DNA of 64,000 nucleotides from contig CASDUJ010000021.1 in NCBI GenBank assembly GCA_949283935.1, positions 107,627 to 171,626 on the forward strand, read 5' to 3'. The notes beneath the pieces are model-generated. The model searched no databases, was not told the DNA's origin, and saw only the letters and a program-made list of their open reading frames with translations. This DNA comes from an uncultured bacterium (GTDB lineage: Bacteria > Cyanobacteriota > Vampirovibrionia > Gastranaerophilales > JAILCC01). The number at the start of each line of letters is the position of its first letter. Position 1 is the first letter of the stretch. This document shows, piece by piece, positions 36,987-45,706 of this stretch. The position numbers were made by a program, and so were the translations under genes.

Positions 36987-38309
36987 TTAAACAACTTCCT
37001 TTTTGATATCTTGATTACCCAGCAAATCGTAATCGATTTCACCTTCATTATCTGCAATTGCCGCAGCTACGACAGTGTCACTCATTACATTAACCATTGT
37101 GCGTAACATATCTGTGAAACGATCAAGTGCAAATAAGAATGCAAAACCTTGGACAAGTTGTTCGTGAGACAAGCCCAAGCTGTTTAAAATTAAAGCAATC
37201 GTAATAAGTCCGGCTCCAGGGATACCAGCAGATGTACTTGAAGCTATAATTGCAAGAAAACCTATCAAGAAAACAATACCTAAATCTAATGGAATTCCGT
37301 ATGCTTGAGTTAAAAATACAACAGCAATACATTGTAACATTGCAGTTCCATCCATATTCATAGTTGCGCCTAAAGGTAGAACAAAACTGCAAATTTTATT
37401 AGAAATTCCGGCTCGTCTTTCACAACAAGCTATTGTTACCGGAAGTGTAGCAGAACTGCTTGCCGTGCCAAAAGCCACCATTAATGCTTCAGCTACTGCT
37501 CTATATAGAGCAAAAACATTAACTTTAGTAAATAGCTTTAACACAAGTGGATATGTTACAAAAATTTGTATAGCTACTCCTAGTACAAAAGTAAGTATAT
37601 AACTGCCTATATTCCCAAATATGTGAACTCCATAAGTAGATACGGCAGTAGCAGTCAGGGCAAAGATTCCCGGTGTAGCTAACACCATAACCCAATCAGT
37701 AATTTTCATCATGGTAGCAAAAACTGATTCGAAAAAAGATACTATAGGTCTGCTTATATCGCCTATATTAGCTAGAGCAAGAGCAAAAATAATTGAAAAA
37801 ACCATCAATGGAACCATTTCGCCTTTAGCAAGAGATTCTAATGGATTTTGAGGAATCATTCCTAGTAATAATTGAGAAATTCCATGCCCGCCTTTTTGCA
37901 TTGCTTCAAAACTATTTTGTGCAGCCATAGCTACGTTGTTTGGAATAAACACATTAACGCCAAGACCTGGGTTTATTAAAAAAGCAAGGCTAAAACCAAT
38001 TGCAACTGCTACAATTGTTATAATTCCATAATAAAAAATCATTTTTAAACCAATTTTCCCAAGTTGTTTGGAATTTCCCATGCTTGCAATTCCTACTATA
38101 ATGGCACTTACGACCAATGGAATAACAATCATTTGAATAGATTTAATAAATACTTGTCCAACTACCACCAAAATTTTGTTTACTAGAGGATAGCTGGAAG
38201 CAGGAAAGCAAATACCAACTACAACACCTAAAATTAGCGCAATAAAAATATGCCAATTGCGTTTTGCTCCCAATCCTAGAGCAACAAGTATTTGCCAATG
38301 TAATTTCAT
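36987..38309 (-). CDS. dicarboxylate/amino acid:cation symporter (DAACS/GltP family)
   Basis: FGTASSSATLPVT and LGATMNMDGTA motifs with polytopic topology. Confidence 0.85.
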   Translation of the reverse strand: MKLHWQILVALGLGAKRNWHIFIALILGVVVGICFPASSYPLVNKILVVVGQVFIKSIQMIVIPLVVSAIIVGIASMGNSKQLGKIGLKMIFYYGIITIVAVAIGFSLAFLINPGLGVNVFIPNNVAMAAQNSFEAMQKGGHGISQLLLGMIPQNPLESLAKGEMVPLMVFSIIFALALANIGDISRPIVSFFESVFATMMKITDWVMVLATPGIFALTATAVSTYGVHIFGNIGSYILTFVLGVAIQIFVTYPLVLKLFTKVNVFALYRAVAEALMVAFGTASSSATLPVTIACCERRAGISNKICSFVLPLGATMNMDGTAMLQCIAVVFLTQAYGIPLDLGIVFLIGFLAIIASSTSAGIPGAGLITIALILNSLGLSHEQLVQGFAFLFALDRFTDMLRTMVNVMSDTVVAAAIADNEGEIDYDLLGNQDIKKEVV

Positions 38310-38452
38310 ATAAAACCTCTTCTTATTTTTATGTATAACGTCCTTTTCTATTCTATTCTCTTTTTTTAATTTAGTAAAGAATAAATTTAATATGTTTGTG
38401 CATATTTTAAAAGTAGTTTATAATTAACGTGGTAGTTCACGTGGGGAAAAAA

Positions 38453-38755
38453 ATGTCTGACGAAGAAGAAAAAGTTGTTTCTTTGGCACAAGCGAGAGGA
38501 AAAGATAAACACAAAGATCAAGAAGAAAAAATAACAAATCAGTCGGAAGGAGTTTATACCCCAGATAAACCGGTATATTGTTCTTTTTGCGGTAGACCTA
38601 ATACACTTGTTGTTAAAATGATTGAAGGTCCTGGAGTTAATATTTGTTCTGAGTGTACAATGATTGCGGTTCAGTATTTTATTTTAGAAGATAGAATTCC
38701 TTCAGATGAAGCAAAAAAAATATTGGCTTCTCTATGGAGTGCAACTGATAAATAA
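38453..38755 (+). CDS. small protein consisting of an acidic/basic leader plus a ClpX-type C4 zinc ribbon
   Basis: CSFCGRPNTLVVKMIEGPGVNICSECTMIA matches the ClpX N-terminal zinc-binding domain (CSFCG...ICxEC). No AAA+ module follows. Start set at the ATG at 38453 after GGGG. Confidence 0.65.
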   Translation: MSDEEEKVVSLAQARGKDKHKDQEEKITNQSEGVYTPDKPVYCSFCGRPNTLVVKMIEGPGVNICSECTMIAVQYFILEDRIPSDEAKKILASLWSATDK

Positions 38756-40425
38756 TGACAGATAAACTTAACAAACTTCAAATAAGAGCTGTTGTTCTTG
38801 ATATAATTAAAAGCTACAAAAAGGAAGATGATTTCACCTCTGCCCTTCATTTGGCTAATTTGAAGAAACTTAATTTAATTCAAGACAACAATTTTGTTAT
38901 AGAAATTCTTTTGAAAGAACTAGTTGCAACAACAGACTTGGAGCTAGAAGCTGTAAAATATATTCTTGCTGATTTTGCTACACTTGAATCAGTAGAAAGT
39001 CATATATGGACTCTTTTGCAAGATAAAAGTATTTCTGATTCTAAAAAGGAAATTTACTTACAACTTTTGAGAACATTTGGGGGAAAAATTGATGTACCTT
39101 TGTTGATGAATTGTATGCAAGATTTTGATTCAGTAGTTGATCAACAAACATTAAGTCTTTTAGAAATTGCTACGGTAAATCCTGAAGCACAAATTGATTT
39201 TTTGGATTTTCTTTTTTCTCTAAAAAAAGAAGAGCAAATTCAACTTATAAAATCTCTTCAAGATGATTTTCCGGGAGATGAACTAGCAAATATAATATCC
39301 CCTTGTCTTAGAATTAGGTTATCAGATGAGGTAAAATCTGAAGTAATAGAAATTCTTGCTAATTCTAAATCATATTTAGCGGTAAAGCCTTTGAAAAATT
39401 ATGTACTTGCAAATGAAAATGATTTTTTGAAAAAATTAGCTATTAAAGCATTGAATCAACTACAAAATTCAGGAGTTGATATAACCAACGAAGAAATGAT
39501 AAATTTAAGAGAGAATGAAATATGTAAAGCTTCTAAGTTTTACAAGGCATATATTAGTCAAATTGATGGTTGTGGAAATCAAGGTTTAATTTTTAGTAGA
39601 ATTACAACAAACAATAAAATTTTGATGTTTAGTGTTGTTATTAATTCTGCAGATGGAATAATGGATTGTTTTGGATTACATGAAATAAATTCAAATGATT
39701 TTCAAAAAGTTATTAGTAGATTTAAGGCTAATGATATTGTTGTTCCCATTTCATCATCTATTGCTAAATATAAATTATTAAATGCAGAAAAAGTAAATAA
39801 CCTATCAGGCACACCTATACCTTACGAATATCTTTGTTGGAGTGTTTATACATCTGATATTGAATCTGATTCAATTGATTATGATTCTTTATTAACAGAA
39901 AACATATGTAATTTTGATAAAGATTTATATGAGTTTTTGTATGAATCTGAAGTATTTGATACTTGGTTTTTTGAGTATGATGATAACAGAGAAATTCAAC
40001 AATTGATAGATTTTTTGTGCTCTATAAAAGATAAAGAACTTAATCAAATTTTTTTAGAAATTGAAGCCCAAATTGATGATCGTTATTTCAACATATTTAA
40101 TCCTGAAAAAATTGAAGAATATTCAATAATGCTCATGGAGGCAGCTTATATTTTTTACTTAAATAAAGATTTAAAAAGATCTAACATTGTTGCCAATCTT
40201 TCCGTAGCTATTAAAAATGGGGAAATGAAGTTTCTAAAAGATGTTTTAAGACGTTCTATCTTACAATATTTGGCAAATATAATTGCTGAAGAAAATGAAG
40301 ATAAATCTCAAAATCCTTTTTTGATGGCCAAAAGCAAAAACAAAAATTCTTTCTCAAAAGAGAAAGCATATGAATTATTACGTAGTTTAGAGCAAAAATG
40401 GGATGGAATGTTTTTTGATGAATAG
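38755..40425 (+). CDS. hypothetical 556-aa helical-repeat protein
   Basis: TAATG overlap with the zinc-ribbon gene. The N-terminal half looks like HEAT/ARM-type helical repeats (e.g. ILANSKSYLAVKPLKNYV...LAIKALNQL). No family recognised. Confidence 0.55.
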   Translation: MTDKLNKLQIRAVVLDIIKSYKKEDDFTSALHLANLKKLNLIQDNNFVIEILLKELVATTDLELEAVKYILADFATLESVESHIWTLLQDKSISDSKKEIYLQLLRTFGGKIDVPLLMNCMQDFDSVVDQQTLSLLEIATVNPEAQIDFLDFLFSLKKEEQIQLIKSLQDDFPGDELANIISPCLRIRLSDEVKSEVIEILANSKSYLAVKPLKNYVLANENDFLKKLAIKALNQLQNSGVDITNEEMINLRENEICKASKFYKAYISQIDGCGNQGLIFSRITTNNKILMFSVVINSADGIMDCFGLHEINSNDFQKVISRFKANDIVVPISSSIAKYKLLNAEKVNNLSGTPIPYEYLCWSVYTSDIESDSIDYDSLLTENICNFDKDLYEFLYESEVFDTWFFEYDDNREIQQLIDFLCSIKDKELNQIFLEIEAQIDDRYFNIFNPEKIEEYSIMLMEAAYIFYLNKDLKRSNIVANLSVAIKNGEMKFLKDVLRRSILQYLANIIAEENEDKSQNPFLMAKSKNKNSFSKEKAYELLRSLEQKWDGMFFDE

Positions 40426-40840
40426 AATATTAGGATTAGATATAGGGAAAAAAAGAATAGGCATTTCTTTAAGTGATCCACTTTTGATTATTGCTCAACC
40501 TTTTGAAACTATATTGCGTATGCCAGAAGAAGTTGCTATAAAAAAAATTTTCGAAATAGCCCAAATTTACAACGTTAACAAAATAGTGGCCGGTTTACCT
40601 CTAATGATGAATGGCGACTTTGGAGAACAAGCTTTAGATTGTTCAAATTTTGCAAAAAAAATTGAACAAAAAACTAATATTAATGTTATATTAGTAGACG
40701 AAAGATTGACCAGTTATCAAGCAGAAGAAATTTTGAGAAATCAAGGAGTTAAGTATACTCGTCAAAAAGAAAAAGTTGATATGGTAGCTGCAGCAATAAT
40801 TTTGCAAGAATATTTAGATACAATAAAAAAGGAGAGTTAG
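40418..40840 (+). CDS. ruvX: Holliday junction resolvase-like nuclease RuvX (YqgF)
   Basis: MNRILGLDIGKKRIGISLSD...VAGLPLMMNG...DERLTS is the YqgF signature. Start moved to Met-6 of the tracked ORF. Confidence 0.85.
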   Translation: MNRILGLDIGKKRIGISLSDPLLIIAQPFETILRMPEEVAIKKIFEIAQIYNVNKIVAGLPLMMNGDFGEQALDCSNFAKKIEQKTNINVILVDERLTSYQAEEILRNQGVKYTRQKEKVDMVAAAIILQEYLDTIKKES

Positions 40841-40841
40841 T

Positions 40842-41129
40842 ATGGAAGAACTAGAATCAAATATTATTCAAACAAAAGATGAAAATGGAGAATTGCAAAG
40901 TTTTGAGCTTGTTGATGTTTTTACTGTAAAAGATAAAGACTATGCAGCTTTAATTAGAGTAAGTGATGATGGTTCTCCTCTTTCCAAAGATGAAGAAGAA
41001 GAACTTATAATTATGCGTTTAATTGAAGAAGAAGATAGCTATACATTTGAAGAAATTGAAGATGATGCTGAATTTGATGCAGTAGTTGATGCATTTGAGA
41101 ATGAAATTGACGATGAAGACGAAGAATAA
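40842..41129 (+). CDS. DUF1292-family acidic protein
   Basis: 95-aa acidic protein, ...FELVDVFTVKDKDYAALI..., in the usual position directly after ruvX. Confidence 0.65.
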   Translation: MEELESNIIQTKDENGELQSFELVDVFTVKDKDYAALIRVSDDGSPLSKDEEEELIIMRLIEEEDSYTFEEIEDDAEFDAVVDAFENEIDDEDEE

Positions 41130-41153
41130 TTTATAAAGTATAGGAGAATAGTG

Positions 41154-42299
41154 ATGAAAAAGTTTTTGGTACTTTTAGTAATACCTATTTTGGTTTTAAG
41201 TTTTGCGTTAAATTCTTTCGCTCAAGAATTTCCTGATGTAAACGAAAACCATTGGGCGTATAAAGAAATTGAAACTTTGGCAAAAGAAGGTGTGGTTGTT
41301 GGATATCCTGATGGTAGTTTCAAAGCAGATTCTTTAGTTGATCGTGCAGAATTTTCTACTATGGTTATAAAGGCATTGGCTCAAGAACATTCTCCCATTA
41401 AAACTGAAATCAAATTTGAAGATGTTCCCTATTCTCATTGGGCATATGATATGATTCAAAGAGCTGTTTATTTTGAGTTAATAGATGGTAACGCTAAAAA
41501 TTTTGATCCTGACGGATATGTTACAAAAGCCCATTCTGTCAGTGTTGCAATAAATGCATTAGAAACAAGGCCAATTACCCCAGCTAAAGCTATGGTAGTT
41601 TTGTCTCAAAATTATACTGATTTTAAAGATATTCCATCTTGGCTTGTAGTGCCTGCAGCAAAAGCAGAAATTCTTGGTATAACTGCTAAGATACCTGGAG
41701 AAGAAAAAGAATTTGCTGCAATGAAAAATGCTACCAGAGCTGAATTAGCTGTTTTAGTCTATAAAATGAGAGAAGAGGCTAAATTAAATCCGAATAAAAA
41801 ATTAGCAGAAGCTATGAAACCTAAAAAAGGAGAAGGCATTGTTATTCCTGAAGCTAAAGTTAAAGGACCTATGGGTATTATTCCTGAAGGAACTTTGCTG
41901 CCTATAGCTCTTGTTGATAAATTAAGTTCTCAAACAAATGAAGAAGGCGAAATTGTTCTTACTACTGCAAACAAGAACTTGATTTCTAAGGAAGGATATA
42001 TTTTATTATTAGAAGGAAGTAATATTGCCGGAGAAATTCAAGAAGTTCTAGTTGGTAGATATTTTGTCAGAAATGGTAAAGTTATTGTTGAAACTAATTT
42101 GATATCTACTCCAATTGGGCAAAAAACAAAATTTGATGGAATTATTGATACTACTCCTAAAAGGAATTGGATTGCCAGAATTTTACGGGCAATATTTAAA
42201 GGTGGTAAAATAAATCTTAAAGCAGGAGATGTAGTTTATGTTAAATTAGACCACCCCTTAAAGATTGATCTTTCTTGCGGATGGATATTTACAAAATGA
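41154..42299 (+). CDS. SLH-domain (three copies) envelope protein with C-terminal beta-rich module
   Basis: Signal peptide then FPDVNENHWAYKEIETLAKEGVVVGYPDGSFKAD...RAEF, FEDVPYSHWAY... and F.DIPSW..., which are S-layer homology repeats. Start set at the ATG at 41154, 7 nt after AGGAG. Confidence 0.8.
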   Translation: MKKFLVLLVIPILVLSFALNSFAQEFPDVNENHWAYKEIETLAKEGVVVGYPDGSFKADSLVDRAEFSTMVIKALAQEHSPIKTEIKFEDVPYSHWAYDMIQRAVYFELIDGNAKNFDPDGYVTKAHSVSVAINALETRPITPAKAMVVLSQNYTDFKDIPSWLVVPAAKAEILGITAKIPGEEKEFAAMKNATRAELAVLVYKMREEAKLNPNKKLAEAMKPKKGEGIVIPEAKVKGPMGIIPEGTLLPIALVDKLSSQTNEEGEIVLTTANKNLISKEGYILLLEGSNIAGEIQEVLVGRYFVRNGKVIVETNLISTPIGQKTKFDGIIDTTPKRNWIARILRAIFKGGKINLKAGDVVYVKLDHPLKIDLSCGWIFTK

Positions 42300-42673
42300 T
42301 TTTCAATGTTTTTGCTGTTTTTGTCGGTGGTGGTTTAGGAGCAGCTTTGAGGTATCTTACGAGTGTTTTTTGCACTCGTTTGATACCTTTTGCGCTTCCT
42401 GTTTCGACTTTTTGTGTTAATTTTATAGGAAGTTTCATTTTGGGAATTACCTTTGCTATTTTTTTGCAAAAGTTTCCTGAAAATTCTTCTTTGAAAATAG
42501 CTGTTATTGTTGGTTTTTGCGGAGGTTTAACTACTTTTAGTACTTTTTCTTTTGAACTTTTTGAAATGTTGAAAAATGGCAATTATATTTTAGCTGTTTT
42601 TTATTCATTGTTAAGTATAGTTTTTTGTTTGTTAGCAGTATTTTTAGGTATTAAATTAGGAAAATGTTTCTAA
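42296..42673 (+). CDS. crcB: fluoride ion channel CrcB/FluC
   Basis: VFVGGGLGAALRY and GFCGGLTTFSTF motifs, with 4 TM and about 125 aa. The start overlaps the SLH gene stop. Confidence 0.85.
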   Translation: MIFNVFAVFVGGGLGAALRYLTSVFCTRLIPFALPVSTFCVNFIGSFILGITFAIFLQKFPENSSLKIAVIVGFCGGLTTFSTFSFELFEMLKNGNYILAVFYSLLSIVFCLLAVFLGIKLGKCF

Positions 42674-42675
42674 AT

Positions 42676-43377
42676 TTATCTTAGTCCGACAAATTTTATT
42701 TTTGTTTTTAAAAAATCAATTATTTTTTTAAAATCTTCAGGAGAGTATGATTTTTCGTCTGTTAATGATTTGTTGTAAATTTTTGATGCAATAAATTTTT
42801 GTAGATAATATTTTTCTGCTCCTTCAATTAATTCACCAATTCTTTTTAAATCTTCAAATGAAAGTTGAGAGGAGATTACTGTTGTTCTAAATTCATATTT
42901 TATTCCACTTTGCATAATAAGTTTTATGCTTTTTTTTATGTCTGATTCTTTTATTATTGTTCCTGTTATTTTATGATATTTTTCAAGTGGAGCTTTTATG
43001 TCCATAGCTATGTAATCAATAAGATGTTCTTTAATTAATTTCTCTAGTTTCTTAGGAAATGTTCCGTTTGTATCCAATTTTACAAAAAATCCTTGCTCTT
43101 TTATCTTTTTAATAAATGCGGCTAAATCATTTTGAATACAAGGTTCTCCTCCTGTAATAACTACTCCATCAAGTTTTCCTTGTCTTGTTTTTAAAAAATC
43201 AAAAAAAGCCGGCGCAGTAATCTGCGCCGATGTATTAATATTTAAATTTAACAGTTCCGGATTGTGACAGTAGCCACATCTAAAATTACAACCTTGAGTA
43301 AATATTATCGCAGAAATTTTCTCAGGATAATCAAGCAAAGATGATTTTTGTAGTCCGCCTATTAGCATACTTTGCAA
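42676..43377 (-). CDS. nrdG: anaerobic ribonucleoside-triphosphate reductase activating protein
   Basis: Radical SAM motif CNFRCGYCHNPE and GVVITGGEP. Overlaps the 3' end of nrdD. Confidence 0.85.
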   Translation of the reverse strand: MQSMLIGGLQKSSLLDYPEKISAIIFTQGCNFRCGYCHNPELLNLNINTSAQITAPAFFDFLKTRQGKLDGVVITGGEPCIQNDLAAFIKKIKEQGFFVKLDTNGTFPKKLEKLIKEHLIDYIAMDIKAPLEKYHKITGTIIKESDIKKSIKLIMQSGIKYEFRTTVISSQLSFEDLKRIGELIEGAEKYYLQKFIASKIYNKSLTDEKSYSPEDFKKIIDFLKTKIKFVGLR

Positions 43378-45485
43378 TCTTCTTGTATTTTGAATGTTTT
43401 TCTCGTTTTAAATTCTGCTTGTTTGCCTTTATTCCATTGATTTACAGGTCTAATATATCCAACAATTCTGGAGTATACTTCACATTCTTCTCCACAATCT
43501 GGGCAAGTATTATGCTCCCCTGCTATATATCCATGATTAGGACAAGTACTAAATGTAGGAGAAAATGTAAAATAAGGTAAATGATAATTACTACAAACTT
43601 TTTTTACTAGATTTTTCATAGTTTCATTGTCTGAAATCCTTTCGCCTGCAAATATATGAACTACAGTACCGCCGGTATATTTTGTTTGTAAATCATCTTG
43701 ATGATCTAGTAATTCAAATATATCATCTGTATAATTTACTGGTAATTGAGTTGAATTACTGTAATAAGGCGATGCACCTTTTTCATAGTATTCTTTATCA
43801 TTTGAACATATAATTCCCGTGTAGTTTTCTTTATCTAGTTTTGCAAGACGGTAGCTTGTTCCTTCTGCAGGTGTTGCTTCCAAATTATAATTGTTGCCGG
43901 TTTCTTTTTGGAAGTCTACTATTATCCTTCTCATATAATTCATAACTTCTATGGCAAAACTATGTCCTTCCTGACTTGCTATATCTTTTCCTAATAAATT
44001 TAGACATGCTTCATTCATTCCTATTAATCCAATTGTAGAAAAATGATTTTTCCAATATATTCCGAAACGATTTTTTATATCTCTCAAATAAAATTTTGTG
44101 TAAGGATACAAATTATTATCAGTTAATCTTTCTAGGAGTTTTCTTTTTATTTCTAGAGAATTTTTCGCTATTTCCATCCTTTCTTTTAAAAGACTAAAAA
44201 ATTCTTTTTTGGAATTTGCAATGTATGCTATTTGCGGTAAATTAATAGTAACTACCCCTATAGAACCTGTAAGTGGGTTGGAGCCAAATAAACCTCCTCC
44301 TCTATATTCTAATTCTCTATTGTCTATTCTTAATCTGCAGCACATTGATCTTGCATCTTCGGGATTCATGTCAGAATTAATGAAGTTCGAAAAATATGGA
44401 ATTCCGTATTTTGCACTCATTTCCCAAAGTCCTTTAAGATTTTCATTATCCCAATCAAAGTTTTTTGTTATGTTGTATGTTGGAATTGGAAATGTAAAAA
44501 CTCTTCCTGAATTATCTCCTTGCATCATTACTTCAAAAAATGCTTTATTTATCATATCCATTTCCTTTTGGAATTCTTCATATGTTTCTTCCATTATTTC
44601 TCCACCTATTATTACGTTTTGTTTTGCGTAATAACTTGGTACTGTCAAATCCATTGTAATATTAGAAAATGGTGTTTGAAATCCTACTCTTGTCGGTATG
44701 TTCATATTAAAGACAAATTCTTGTAAAGCTTGTTTTACTTGTTTGTAATCTAAATTATCGTATCTTACAAATGGTGCAAGTAGTGTATCAAAATTTGAAA
44801 ATGCTTGGGCTCCTGCGCTTTCTCCTTGCATTGTGTACAAAAAATTTGCCATTTGTCCTAATGCTGTTCTGAAATGTTTGGGAGGTGCGCTTTCAACTTT
44901 ACCTTTTACTCCAGTAAATCCTTCAATAAGTAAATCTTTTAGATCCCATCCTACACAATAAACCGATATAATATTTAAATCGTGAATATGTATGGCACCT
45001 GATTGGTGGGCATTTTTTATTTCTGCAGGGTAAATTTTATTGAGCCAATAATTTTTGCTAATGTTTGATGCAATGTAGTTATTTAAACCTTGAATAGAAT
45101 ATGACATGTTAGAATTTTCATTTATTTGCCAATCTAGTTGTTTTAAATATTCATCTACCATAGTTATGTTCGCATTTTGTGTAAAATCACGAAGTTTGTT
45201 ATGTTGATCCCTGTATAAAATGTATGATTTTGCTGTTGCTTTATAATCTGAAGATAATAATACTTGCTCTACTGCATCTTGAATTTCTTCAATTGTTGGT
45301 GCTTTTAAGTTTGATTCTTTTGTTTTTACAAGTTTTTCAACAATTTTTACAACATCTTTTGTTAATTTCGTTGCAGTTTGAGTGTCAAATTCTTTTGTTA
45401 CCTCTGATGCTTTTTTTATTGCATCAGTAATTTTTGCAGAGTTAAAATCTACAATAACTCCGTCTCTCTTTAATACTTTTTCCAT
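43362..45485 (-). CDS. nrdD: anaerobic ribonucleoside-triphosphate reductase (class III)
   Basis: N-terminal ATP-cone (VLKRDGVIVDFNSAKI), a C-terminal Zn site CPNHG...CPDCG and the glycyl-radical motif SRIVGYIRPV. Start set at the ATG at 45485 (GGAG RBS). The longer tracked ORF runs into the leader RNA. Confidence 0.9.
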   Translation of the reverse strand: MEKVLKRDGVIVDFNSAKITDAIKKASEVTKEFDTQTATKLTKDVVKIVEKLVKTKESNLKAPTIEEIQDAVEQVLLSSDYKATAKSYILYRDQHNKLRDFTQNANITMVDEYLKQLDWQINENSNMSYSIQGLNNYIASNISKNYWLNKIYPAEIKNAHQSGAIHIHDLNIISVYCVGWDLKDLLIEGFTGVKGKVESAPPKHFRTALGQMANFLYTMQGESAGAQAFSNFDTLLAPFVRYDNLDYKQVKQALQEFVFNMNIPTRVGFQTPFSNITMDLTVPSYYAKQNVIIGGEIMEETYEEFQKEMDMINKAFFEVMMQGDNSGRVFTFPIPTYNITKNFDWDNENLKGLWEMSAKYGIPYFSNFINSDMNPEDARSMCCRLRIDNRELEYRGGGLFGSNPLTGSIGVVTINLPQIAYIANSKKEFFSLLKERMEIAKNSLEIKRKLLERLTDNNLYPYTKFYLRDIKNRFGIYWKNHFSTIGLIGMNEACLNLLGKDIASQEGHSFAIEVMNYMRRIIVDFQKETGNNYNLEATPAEGTSYRLAKLDKENYTGIICSNDKEYYEKGASPYYSNSTQLPVNYTDDIFELLDHQDDLQTKYTGGTVVHIFAGERISDNETMKNLVKKVCSNYHLPYFTFSPTFSTCPNHGYIAGEHNTCPDCGEECEVYSRIVGYIRPVNQWNKGKQAEFKTRKTFKIQEDCKVC

Positions 45486-45519
45486 AAACAAATCTCCTAG
45501 TCTCGTAGCTAATTTACTT

Positions 45520-45592
45520 CCAAACATGGTATTCCGACTTTTACGGCTGCGGACCAGTGAGGGACTTTCACCCATGCTTTCCACATGTTTGT
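45520..45592 (-). promoter_or_regulatory. compact cobalamin (B12) riboswitch-like aptamer in the nrdD leader
   Basis: The minus-strand RNA reads AAACAUGUGGAAAGCAUGGGUGAAAGUCCCUCACUGGUCCGCAGCCGUAAAAGUCGGAAUACCAUGUUUGG. It contains GGUGAAAGUCC, CUGGUCCGCAGCCGUAA (compare btuB CGCAGCGGUAA) and a B12-box-like AGUCGGAAUACC. A closing helix forms between AAACAUG and CAUGUUU. A candidate promoter TTTACA-17-TAAAAT (45627-45599) would start transcription at its 5' edge. Confidence 0.6.
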
Positions 45593-45706
45593 ATTCTGAT
45601 TTTATATTTATTTGAACTTTTTGTAAAGTAAGTTAAAAAAATTTACACTTTATTCAGGATTATTTGAAATTTTTCATTTCATTGTTTTATGTGTTAAAAT
45701 CTAGTC

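Noticed and set aside
42275-42296. Fluoride riboswitch before crcB
   Set aside because: crcB starts inside the end of the SLH-protein gene, so there is no leader and no crcB-motif sequence.
45486-45584. N-terminal 33 codons of the tracked nrdD ORF (MESMGESPSLVRSRKSRNTMFGSKLATRLGDLF)
   Set aside because: This stretch coincides with the riboswitch-like structured leader. The ATP-cone starts right after the internal ATG at 45485, which has a GGAG RBS.
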